From NCBI GenBank assembly GCA_050239825.1, contig JBFXGO010000002.1, forward strand, positions 13,490 through 77,489: 64,000 nt of DNA. The letters run 5' to 3'. Below the pieces are notes generated by a model. It was not told where the DNA came from. It saw only the letters and a list, made by a program, of their open reading frames with translations, and ran no database searches. The position numbers and the translations under genes are program-made. This DNA is from a bacterium (GTDB taxonomy: Bacteria; Hydrothermota; 32-111). Positions 41,808 through 50,005 of this stretch are shown one piece after another (within the stretch, counting starts at the first letter, position 1; every line of letters begins with the position of its first letter).

Positions 41808-43654
41808 AAAATCTTACTCAGCGGTGTCACCCTGAACGCCTCTATGGTTATGACTATCGTGAAGGGTCTATCAGTTTATTGCTTATTGATAATTGAAGAT
41901 TGAACTGGGGCTGCACGCAGGCGTAGCGTCGGCTCACACACTCCGCTTCGTCGCTTTATCAAGATGGGATAGCGTAGCGAGGGGTCGCCCACTTGATGGG
42001 CGTCTGCGCGGAGCGTCCTCGCCGACTTTGAGCTTTCATTTTCAATAAGAATTGATTTGCTTGTCCTCGGAAAAACATTGAATAGCAGTGCGGAGATGCA
42101 CTGGAATTTTTCCTCGGAAATGTAAAGACAAAATCTTACTCAGCTCCCCGTATTTTGCTCAAGGCACATGGCTCACGGCTCATGGCTGATTTTGGGGGCT
42201 GCACGCGGGTGTAGCGTCGGCTCACACACTCCGCTTCGCCGCTTAATCAAGATGGGATAGCGTAGCAAGGGGAGAACCACTTGATGGGCGTCTGCGCGGA
42301 GCGTCCTCGCCGACTTGTAGCTTTCGTGTATCAATAAGTTAATTAATTGATTGAATCTTCACAAAGCATTGGCGAGGGTGTAATGTGCGCGAGCGCACAT
42401 GATAGACGCCTCGGGCTGCACCAGAACTTTGTGAAGATTACTGTAAAGACAAAATCTTACTCAGCGGTGTCACCCTGAACGCCTCTATAGTTATGACTAT
42501 CGTGAAGGGTCTATCAGTTTATTGGTTATTGATAATTGAAGATTGTTCTGGGGCTGCACGCGGGTGTAGCGTCGGCTCACACACTCCGCTTCGCCGCTTA
42601 ATCAAGATGGGTTAGCGGAGCAAGGGGACAACCACTTGATGGGCGTCTTCGCGGAGCGTCCTCGCCGACTTTGAGCTTTCACTTTCAATAAGTTAATTAA
42701 TTGAATGAATCTTCTAAAACCATTGGCTGGGGTGTAATGGACGCGAGCGCACATGATAGACACTTCGGGTTGCACCAGAACTTTGTGAAGATTATTGTAA
42801 AGACAAAATCTTACTCAGCAGTATCACCCTGAACGCCTCTATGGTTATGACTATAGTGAAGGGTCTATCAGTTTATTGTTAATTGATTATTGAAGATTGT
42901 TCTGGGGCTGCTGGCGGGCTTAGCGTCGGCTCGCACACTTCGCTTCGCCGCTTAATCAAGATGGGATAGCGGAGCAAGAGGTCGCCCACTTGATGGGCGT
43001 CTGCGCGGAGCGTCCTCGCCGACTTGTAGCTTTCGTGTATCAATAAGTTAATTAATTGCCTGAATCTTCTAAAACCATTGGCGCGGGTGTAATGGACGCG
43101 AGCGTCCATGATAGAAAAAACGGGTTGCACCAGAAGTTTTAGAAGATTATTGAAAAGAATAAATATTAATCAGCAGTATATTGAGTGATGACTGCACTGG
43201 AATTTTTCCTCGGAAATGTAAAGACAAGTTATTTACTCAACTCCCCGCATTAAGCTCAAGGCACATGGCTCACGGCTCATGGCTGATTTTGGGGCTGCAC
43301 GCGGGTGTAGCGTCGGCTCACACACTCTGCTTCGCCGCTTAATCAAGATGGGTTAGCGGAGCAAGGGGACAACCACTTGATGGGCGTCTGCGCGGAGCGT
43401 CCTCGCCGACTTGTAGCTTACACTCTCAATAAGAATTGATTTGCTTGTCCTCGGAAAAACATTGAATAGCAGTGCGGAGATGCACTGGAATTTTTCCTCG
43501 GAAATGTAAAGACAAAATCTTACTCAGCGGTGTCACCCTGAACGCCTCTATGGTTATGACTATCGTGAAGGGTCTATCAGTTTATTGTTAATTGATTATT
43601 GAAGATTGTTCTGGGGCTGCACGCGGGTGTAGCGTCGGCTCACACACTCCGCTT
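41808..43654 (+). repeat. Non-coding tandem mosaic array of structured repeats
   Basis: ~128-bp cores start at 41907, 42195, 42550, 42904, 43291 and (partial) 43613; period 288-387 bp; linkers are reused modules; no credible ORF. Confidence 0.97.
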
Positions 43655-43663
43655 TTGCTCCTA

Positions 43664-43692
43664 TTGACAATATTGTTTAAATATTATATATT
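43664..43692 (+). promoter_or_regulatory. Sigma-70-type promoter of the PBP1A operon
   Basis: TTGACA-17 nt-TATATT, 8 nt before the ATG. Confidence 0.65.
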
Positions 43693-43700
43693 GAAATATT

Positions 43701-45839
43701 ATGGTTAAAAAAGCATTTAAAAATTTTAAAAAGAGCAAGAAGACCAAAAAAACAGTAAACACCGCGATATTTGTTTTTGGACTTATTGTTTTTATTGCTG
43801 TCTTTGCGGCAGTGGGCTTTGCAGTTACAATGTATTTCAGTCTTCAGAAAGAGATTCCAACCATGACAGATATGTTCATATACTCGGCTCCTTCAGCCAC
43901 TTTGATATATGATGACAACAACAGAAAAGTGACGGAACTCTTCCTTGAGAAAAGGATGCCGATTAAACTCAAAGAGCTACCTCAATACTCGATAGACGCA
44001 GTCATATCGCTTGAAGATCAGCAATTTTACTCGCATTGGGGAATAAATGTAGCGAGATTTTTTGTGGTTTTGACAAAGAATATGCTGACATTAAAAAAAG
44101 GAGCGGGAGCATCTACCATAACACAACAGCTTGCAAGGAACATGTTCCTCACAATGGAGAAGACATGGACAAGGAAGATAAAAGAGGCTCTCATAACCAT
44201 AAATCTTGAGCGCAACTTTTCAAAGGATGAAATTCTTGAAATGTATTTCAACCAGATAAACTATGGCTCGGGAGCTTACGGCATAGAGGCCGCATCAAAC
44301 ATGTATTTCAATAAATCTGCGCGGGAGCTCACTCTTGCAGAGGCAGCAATGCTTGCGGGAATTCCGCAGATTCCGGAAAAATTCAATCTTTTCAGGCATT
44401 ATGACAATGCCAAAAAACGCCAGAAGCTATGTCTAAGCAATATGCTTCAAGAAGGATACATATCAAAGGAAGAGTATGAGGATGCCGTTGATGACAGTGT
44501 GATAGTGATAAAAGGCTCCAAAGATGCAGAGTATGGAAGATACTTTATAGAGGAGGTCAGAAAAGAGGTCATATCAAGGTTTGGCATGAATACTCTCTAT
44601 AAGGGCGGTCTGAAAATCTATACAACAATGAATTCCGATATGCAGAGAGAGTCAGAAAAAGTTGTGGAAAAAAAGATGCTCTATTTTGAAAAAATGTACA
44701 AATTCAAAAATACAAAAGAAAAGTATGATGAAATATTTTCAAAAGACACGGCAATAACTGTTCCCCCGCAGTATCTTCAGGCAAGTATGGTAATAATTGA
44801 AAATGAGACAGGAGAGGTCAAGGCAATAGTCGGAGGCAGGGATTTTGAACAGTCCGAATACAACAGGGTCTTACAATCGAAGAGGCAGCCCGGTTCAATT
44901 TTTAAAATATTCCTCTTTTCAGCCGCAATAGAGAGCGGGATGAATCCGGGAGACATAATTATGGATACTCCGGTGGTTCTTGACGACGGAAGTGACACCC
45001 CGTATAAACCGAGAAATTTCGACGGGGATTTTTTGGGGCCTATACCTTTGCGCAAAGCTCTTGCACTTTCAAGAAATGTAACGGCTATTAGGCTTATAAA
45101 GAGCATAGGACCCGGAACTGTAGTAAAACACGCAAAGAAGCTGGGAGTTGAATCGCAGTTGACTCCGGTGCTCTCTCTGGCTCTCGGTTCAAGTGATGTC
45201 ACTCTCTTTGAAATGGTGAGGGCATTCTCCGTATTTCCAAACAAAGGAATACTCAGAAAGACGAGCATGATACGATATATTGAGGATGCTCAGGGAAATG
45301 TGATTTTTGAAAATGACAATCTTGAATCAAGAGTGATGGATGACGATGACGCATACATAGTGACAAACATGCTTGAAAGCGTTGTAAAAGAAGGCACTGC
45401 GGCTGGGCTTAAATATTACAAGTTCAATGTGCATATAGGCGGAAAGACGGGAACTACCGATGATTATTCGAATACATGGTTTGTTGGTTTTACAAAAGAG
45501 TATACCGCTGGTGTCTGGGTGGGCTTCGACAAACTCCGCACAATAGCCGATAAGGCAACCGGAGCGGTGCTTGCGCTTCCGATATGGGCTGAGACAATGA
45601 AGCCCTTTGTCAACAATGCCGATTCTCTGCCGTTTCCTCAGACAGACAGTATAATCCATGTGACAGTATGCCGCGAATCCGGGCAGATAGCAACGAAATA
45701 CTGCAAGTTCATACGGGATGAAATATATAAAAAAGGTCACGAACCCAAGGTGAGTTGTGAAAAGCATATAAAGGGCTACTCAACCAATCAGGATTTTGAT
45801 TTTTCAAAACAGGACATTCTCAAAGATGATGACCTGTGA
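43701..45839 (+). CDS. Class A penicillin-binding protein (PBP1A family)
   Basis: EDQQFYSHWG, GASTITQQLARN, RKIKE; transpeptidase SIFK, SRN, KTGT. Confidence 0.95.
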   Translation: MVKKAFKNFKKSKKTKKTVNTAIFVFGLIVFIAVFAAVGFAVTMYFSLQKEIPTMTDMFIYSAPSATLIYDDNNRKVTELFLEKRMPIKLKELPQYSIDAVISLEDQQFYSHWGINVARFFVVLTKNMLTLKKGAGASTITQQLARNMFLTMEKTWTRKIKEALITINLERNFSKDEILEMYFNQINYGSGAYGIEAASNMYFNKSARELTLAEAAMLAGIPQIPEKFNLFRHYDNAKKRQKLCLSNMLQEGYISKEEYEDAVDDSVIVIKGSKDAEYGRYFIEEVRKEVISRFGMNTLYKGGLKIYTTMNSDMQRESEKVVEKKMLYFEKMYKFKNTKEKYDEIFSKDTAITVPPQYLQASMVIIENETGEVKAIVGGRDFEQSEYNRVLQSKRQPGSIFKIFLFSAAIESGMNPGDIIMDTPVVLDDGSDTPYKPRNFDGDFLGPIPLRKALALSRNVTAIRLIKSIGPGTVVKHAKKLGVESQLTPVLSLALGSSDVTLFEMVRAFSVFPNKGILRKTSMIRYIEDAQGNVIFENDNLESRVMDDDDAYIVTNMLESVVKEGTAAGLKYYKFNVHIGGKTGTTDDYSNTWFVGFTKEYTAGVWVGFDKLRTIADKATGAVLALPIWAETMKPFVNNADSLPFPQTDSIIHVTVCRESGQIATKYCKFIRDEIYKKGHEPKVSCEKHIKGYSTNQDFDFSKQDILKDDDL

Positions 45840-45848
45840 GGAGGCAAA

Positions 45849-46499
45849 ATGAAATTCTTGGCAGTAATGCTTCTTATGATAATAATTGCGATGTCAATCT
45901 ATGGCATTTACTACTATTATCAGTCATATAAACCGGCGTTAGACAAGTACTCTGAACTGGTAAGTGAAAACAAGACACTTGCAGAGTATATAAGCAAGCT
46001 GAGGTCTGAGCAGATGAAGAAGGACAGCGTACTCTCCATTCTTGCCAATTCAAAGAGTGATGTGGATACTCAGATAATTTTTGACAACATAACCGGAACA
46101 AGAATAACTCTGGAATCGGAAAATCTCTTTGAATCCGGAGGATACACTCTCAATAAAAAAGGAAAGGGTCTTCTGAAAAAGACCGCAGAGGTGCTTCTTA
46201 CAATGTCTGATGCGGAGATTGTCATAGAGGGACACACAGACAATCAGAAGATAGGACCCTCAATAAAAAATGTCATTCCGTCAAACTGGGAATTATCTGC
46301 GCTGAGGGCGATAAATGTGATGAAGTATCTGAGGGATTCAATAGGAATTGAGGAGAAGAGAATGTATGTTGCGGCATACGGCGAGACAAGACCCATTGCA
46401 GATAACAGCACCGAAGAGGGAAAGAAAAAGAACCGCAGAATTGAAATATTTCTTAAAGGTTCATCCTTCAACAAGATTGTTGAGGATACTCTAGAGTGA
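45849..46499 (+). CDS. OmpA/MotB-family peptidoglycan-binding protein
   Basis: N-terminal TM and coiled coil; IEGHTDN, NWELSALRA, YGETRP, NRRIEI. Confidence 0.9.
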   Translation: MKFLAVMLLMIIIAMSIYGIYYYYQSYKPALDKYSELVSENKTLAEYISKLRSEQMKKDSVLSILANSKSDVDTQIIFDNITGTRITLESENLFESGGYTLNKKGKGLLKKTAEVLLTMSDAEIVIEGHTDNQKIGPSIKNVIPSNWELSALRAINVMKYLRDSIGIEEKRMYVAAYGETRPIADNSTEEGKKKNRRIEIFLKGSSFNKIVEDTLE

Positions 46500-47374
46500 A
46501 GCGCAGAATACTGCATCTCTTTTCAGGCGGTCTGGACTCAATACTCTCATATAAAATACTTGAAAGAGCGGGACATGATGTTACCGCCATCTGTTTTGAA
46601 ACTCCATTCTTTCCATCCGCAAAAAGTGTTGAGTACGGAGATAAAAATAAAATAAAAGTAAGAGTATTGAATATTTTTAAAGAGTATGTTTATATGCTTG
46701 CTCGACCTAAGTATGGATACGGCAAGAACTTAAACCCATGCATTGACTGCAAGGCGATGATGATAAACAAAGCGTGCAGAATCGCGATTGACGAAGGGTA
46801 TGATTTTGTTTCCACAGGAGAGGTTCTCGGACAGAGGCCTATGTCACAGACAAAAGGAGGGTTCATCAAGCAAAAAAAATTGCTTGAACATCCGGAAATG
46901 GTGATAAGAGTTCTGTCGAGAGAGGATGGAGAGAACAACCTTGAGGGAATGAAAAGAATTGAAATTGTCGGAAGAGAGAGAGCGGCTCAGATGAAGATGA
47001 GCGAAGAGATTGGGATAACAGAGTATCAAACACCATCCGGAGGATGCTTTCTCACATATAAAGAGTTTTCCTTAAAGGCGAAAGTTCTTCTGAAAAAGAA
47101 TCTGACAGAGGAAAGATATTTTTACATGATTAAAGAGGGGCGGTTCAAAGAGTACTCCTGCGGAGTTGCTGTGATTGGAAGATGCGAGGAGGATAATGAG
47201 AAGCTTTTATCGCGAAGAAATGGAGAGGTTTGCTATCAGGTGATTGATGGAAAGGGTCCGGTAGGAATTGTGTTGGGAAAACTGAATGATGAAGAAGAAA
47301 ATGATTTGAAAGAGACTCTTTTGAAATATTCAAAGAGAGATATAAATGAAAAAGATTCTATTCACCCTGTTTAG
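46496..47374 (+). CDS. PP-loop ATPase, ThiI/MnmA-related putative tRNA thiolation protein
   Basis: FSGGLDS, NPCIDCK, GEVLGQRPMSQ, PSGGCFLT. Confidence 0.8.
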   Translation: MKRRILHLFSGGLDSILSYKILERAGHDVTAICFETPFFPSAKSVEYGDKNKIKVRVLNIFKEYVYMLARPKYGYGKNLNPCIDCKAMMINKACRIAIDEGYDFVSTGEVLGQRPMSQTKGGFIKQKKLLEHPEMVIRVLSREDGENNLEGMKRIEIVGRERAAQMKMSEEIGITEYQTPSGGCFLTYKEFSLKAKVLLKKNLTEERYFYMIKEGRFKEYSCGVAVIGRCEEDNEKLLSRRNGEVCYQVIDGKGPVGIVLGKLNDEEENDLKETLLKYSKRDINEKDSIHPV

Positions 47375-47681
47375 CTTATTTGTCTTAATCCACCTCAACG
47401 CAGAAGATCTCTGGGTTCCGCCGGTTCTCTCTCTAATATTTCCGGGAGGCGGACAGGTGTATAACAAAGATTATTTAAAGGCGGGAATATTTGCGGCTGC
47501 AGAGATAACAACTGCCGCAGTTTTATACAAAGAATTTAAATCCGAAGGAGAAAGAACCCTGCTATACAGGGATATTCTTGCAGGAGTCATTCTCTTTTCA
47601 ATTCTTGACGCATATGTTTCCAAAGAACTTAAAGAGATAAAAGAAGGGGAGGTTCTATCAGATACACTGCCGAAGAAATAA
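47346..47681 (+). CDS. Small hypothetical exported/membrane protein (DUF5683-like)
   Basis: Signal peptide; SLIFPGGGQVYN..Y.K; DAYV. Confidence 0.65.
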   Translation: MKKILFTLFSLFVLIHLNAEDLWVPPVLSLIFPGGGQVYNKDYLKAGIFAAAEITTAAVLYKEFKSEGERTLLYRDILAGVILFSILDAYVSKELKEIKEGEVLSDTLPKK

Positions 47682-48220
47682 GAGAATGCTTTAAATCCAG
47701 TAAGATAGATATTTCAAAAAAACAAGCGGAATCATTTGAATTATACCTCAACCTCATAGTTAAATGGAACAAGAGTGTCTCCCTCGTTTCTCACAGAGAT
47801 GAGATATCTCTGATTGAAAAACACCTTCTTGATTCTGCCGCAGGTTTGGTTTCCTCGGGGATAGAAGACAAAGAAAAGATAACGGATTTGGGTTCCGGTA
47901 ATGGATTTCCTGCAATCCCGATAAAAATTCTGCTTCCCGATACGATTGTGGATATGGTTGAAGTAAACCAGAGAAAAGCTGCGTTTTTGAAAGAGGCTGT
48001 AAGAGTTCTTGAAATACAAAACATCAATGTCCTATGTGAAAGAGTTGAGGATTATGAATTCTCTTTCACAGAAAAAATTACAGCGAGGGCTTTTAAACCC
48101 ATAGAAGAAATTAAAAAGATTCTTTTGCCCTCAAGGTTCTGCGGAGAGATTATTGTCTGGGAAAAGAGAAGTGGCGCAAGAGTCGCAAAATACCCGTTCT
48201 GTAATGTGGAAAAGATGTGA
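47657..48220 (+). CDS. rsmG: 16S rRNA m7G527 methyltransferase RsmG (GidB); start extended upstream of the ORF-track call
   Basis: The frame upstream of 47846 stays open and encodes YLNLIVKWNKSVSLVS...HLLDS; then DLGSGNGFP, RKAAFL, TARAF; located next to parAB. Confidence 0.88.
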   Translation: MRYTAEEIRECFKSSKIDISKKQAESFELYLNLIVKWNKSVSLVSHRDEISLIEKHLLDSAAGLVSSGIEDKEKITDLGSGNGFPAIPIKILLPDTIVDMVEVNQRKAAFLKEAVRVLEIQNINVLCERVEDYEFSFTEKITARAFKPIEEIKKILLPSRFCGEIIVWEKRSGARVAKYPFCNVEKM

Positions 48221-48222
48221 AA

Positions 48223-48238
48223 TGTTCCACGTGGAACA
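48223..48238. promoter_or_regulatory. parS centromere site
   Basis: Perfect palindrome TGTTCCACGTGGAACA. Confidence 0.95.
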
Positions 48239-48330
48239 TTTGCAACCGAAATATTATTCCGCTAAGTTATTGTAAATAAGATACATTTGATTTTTCCGTA
48301 CAAAATAGTTTTCCACAAAACAAATTTCAT

Positions 48331-48346
48331 TGTTCCACGTGGAACA
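48331..48346. promoter_or_regulatory. parS centromere site
   Basis: Second TGTTCCACGTGGAACA, just upstream of the parA promoter. Confidence 0.95.
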
Positions 48347-48394
48347 AAAAAAATGCTTGAAATATTTTCTTCTTTGTGGTAATATTGCCCTCTG

Positions 48395-49183
48395 ATGAAA
48401 AGAATAATTGCAATTGCAAATCAAAAGGGCGGAGTCGGAAAAACAACCACCGCCGTAAATCTTGGAGCGGCTCTCGGGGTGGCTGAAAAGAAGACACTGC
48501 TTATTGACATAGACCCTCAGGCAAATGCCACATCCTCTTTGGGATATTATGACAAGAATTTTCTCGGAAGAAGCGTTTATGATGTTCTTGCTAACAAAGT
48601 TTCAATTGAGGATACGATTGTACACACAGAGCTTGAGTATCTTGACCTTCTGCCGTCAGACATATCTCTTGCCGCAACGGATGTTGAGCTTGTCGGGCTT
48701 GAAAGAAAAGAGCATCTGTTAAAGCATTCTCTCAGCCCCATTTTAAACAGGTATGAATATATTCTTATTGATTGTCCGCCCTCTCTTCAAATTCTGACTC
48801 TCAATGCGCTTGTGGCGGCTCATTCGATATTGATTCCGGTTCAGGCGGAGTTTTACGCTGTTGAGGGGTTGGCGAAACTTCTCAATACGATTAACAGCGT
48901 GCGTCAGGCTTTGAATGACGACCTTGAAATAGAGGGTGTTTTGATTACAATGTATGATTCCCGTCTCACATTGGCTCGGCAGGTTGCGGACGAGGTTCTC
49001 AACTATTTCAAGAGTTCTGTTTATAAGACATACATTCCGAGAAATGTGCGTCTTGCCGAAGCACCGTCATTCGGAAAACCAATTATAATTTTTGATCCGG
49101 TTTCAAACGGCTCAAAGGCTTATTTGGAGCTGGCAAAGGAGTTGATTGAAAAGCATGAAAAAGGCGTTGGGTCGAGGTCTTGA
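48395..49183 (+). CDS. parA: Chromosome partitioning ATPase ParA/Soj
   Basis: NQKGGVGKTTT, DIDPQANAT, DCPPSL, IPRNVRLAEAPSFG. Confidence 0.97.
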   Translation: MKRIIAIANQKGGVGKTTTAVNLGAALGVAEKKTLLIDIDPQANATSSLGYYDKNFLGRSVYDVLANKVSIEDTIVHTELEYLDLLPSDISLAATDVELVGLERKEHLLKHSLSPILNRYEYILIDCPPSLQILTLNALVAAHSILIPVQAEFYAVEGLAKLLNTINSVRQALNDDLEIEGVLITMYDSRLTLARQVADEVLNYFKSSVYKTYIPRNVRLAEAPSFGKPIIIFDPVSNGSKAYLELAKELIEKHEKGVGSRS

Positions 49184-49997
49184 ATCTCTGATTTCGGGAA
49201 CCGAGCAGAGAGAGATTAGGCAGATATCTATTAAGCAGGTCAAACCCAATCCGTTTCAGCCAAGAAAGACCTTTGTAGAAGAGGACCTTTCGGAACTGAC
49301 GGAATCAATCAGAGCAAATGGTGTGCTTCAGCCGATAACAGTAAGAAGAAAGAATGATTTCTTTGAAATTGTCGCCGGAGAGAGGCGGTTCAGAGCATCT
49401 GTCTCTGCAGGTCTTAAAGAGATTCCCGCAGTGATAAAAGAGATTCCTGACGAAAAAATGCTTGAGTTCGCTCTTGTCGAAAACATACAGAGGGAAAATC
49501 TGAATGCTCTTGATGAGGCGATGGGATACAGAGATCTGTCAGACAAGTTTCACCTTACGCACGAAGTTATTTCGGAAAGAATGGGAAAATCCCGTTCGCA
49601 CATATCAAATATGCTGAGAATCCTTGAGCTTGAAACTCACATAAGAAAGATGATTTCGGAAAATACACTCTCATTCGGTCATGCAAAGGTTCTCTTATCC
49701 ATAAAAGACAAAAACCGTCGTCTTTTAATAGCGCAGAAAATTGTAAGAGAAAAACTCTCGGTAAGAGATGTTGAAAACCTTCTCTCCTCAAAGCAAAAAA
49801 GTCTTCCTGTTAAAGAGAAGAGAGTCGACCATAAATCAAGCCACATAAAGAATCTCGAAAACAGAATCTCTGAGCAGTTTTCAAGAAAAGCAGAGATTTC
49901 ATATAAAAAAGGAAAGGGAAAGGTCTCTCTTGAATTTTATTCGGATGATGATTTCAAAGTTCTTTTAGAGAAACTTGGGCTTAAAAATTTTGATTAG
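49155..49997 (+). CDS. parB: Chromosome partitioning protein ParB/Spo0J
   Basis: ALGRGL, NPFQPRK, AGERRFRA, ENIQRENL, HTH GKSRSHISN. Confidence 0.97.
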   Translation: MKKALGRGLESLISGTEQREIRQISIKQVKPNPFQPRKTFVEEDLSELTESIRANGVLQPITVRRKNDFFEIVAGERRFRASVSAGLKEIPAVIKEIPDEKMLEFALVENIQRENLNALDEAMGYRDLSDKFHLTHEVISERMGKSRSHISNMLRILELETHIRKMISENTLSFGHAKVLLSIKDKNRRLLIAQKIVREKLSVRDVENLLSSKQKSLPVKEKRVDHKSSHIKNLENRISEQFSRKAEISYKKGKGKVSLEFYSDDDFKVLLEKLGLKNFD

Positions 49998-50005
49998 GAG
50001 TATAG

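Noticed and set aside
41907..42034. tRNA, rRNA or a known riboswitch/ribozyme
   Set aside because: No cloverleaf or T-loop, no rRNA signature and no hammerhead CTGANGA/GAAA core recognised by eye; an Rfam search is still needed.
42879..43130. 83-aa ORF in the array (also 2759-3016)
   Set aside because: Lies within the repeats and is not kept open in other copies; no RBS or recognisable motif.
41808..43654. CRISPR array
   Set aside because: Repeats are ~128 bp, the intervening sequences are reused modules rather than unique spacers, and no cas genes are in the window.
41808..43654. Integron attC cassette array
   Set aside because: No cassette ORFs, no integrase, and I could not find RYYYAAC...GTTRRRY ends on the cores.
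45849..46499. Flagellar motB
   Set aside because: No motA partner and no MotB N-terminal W...D motif; treated as a generic OmpA-domain protein.
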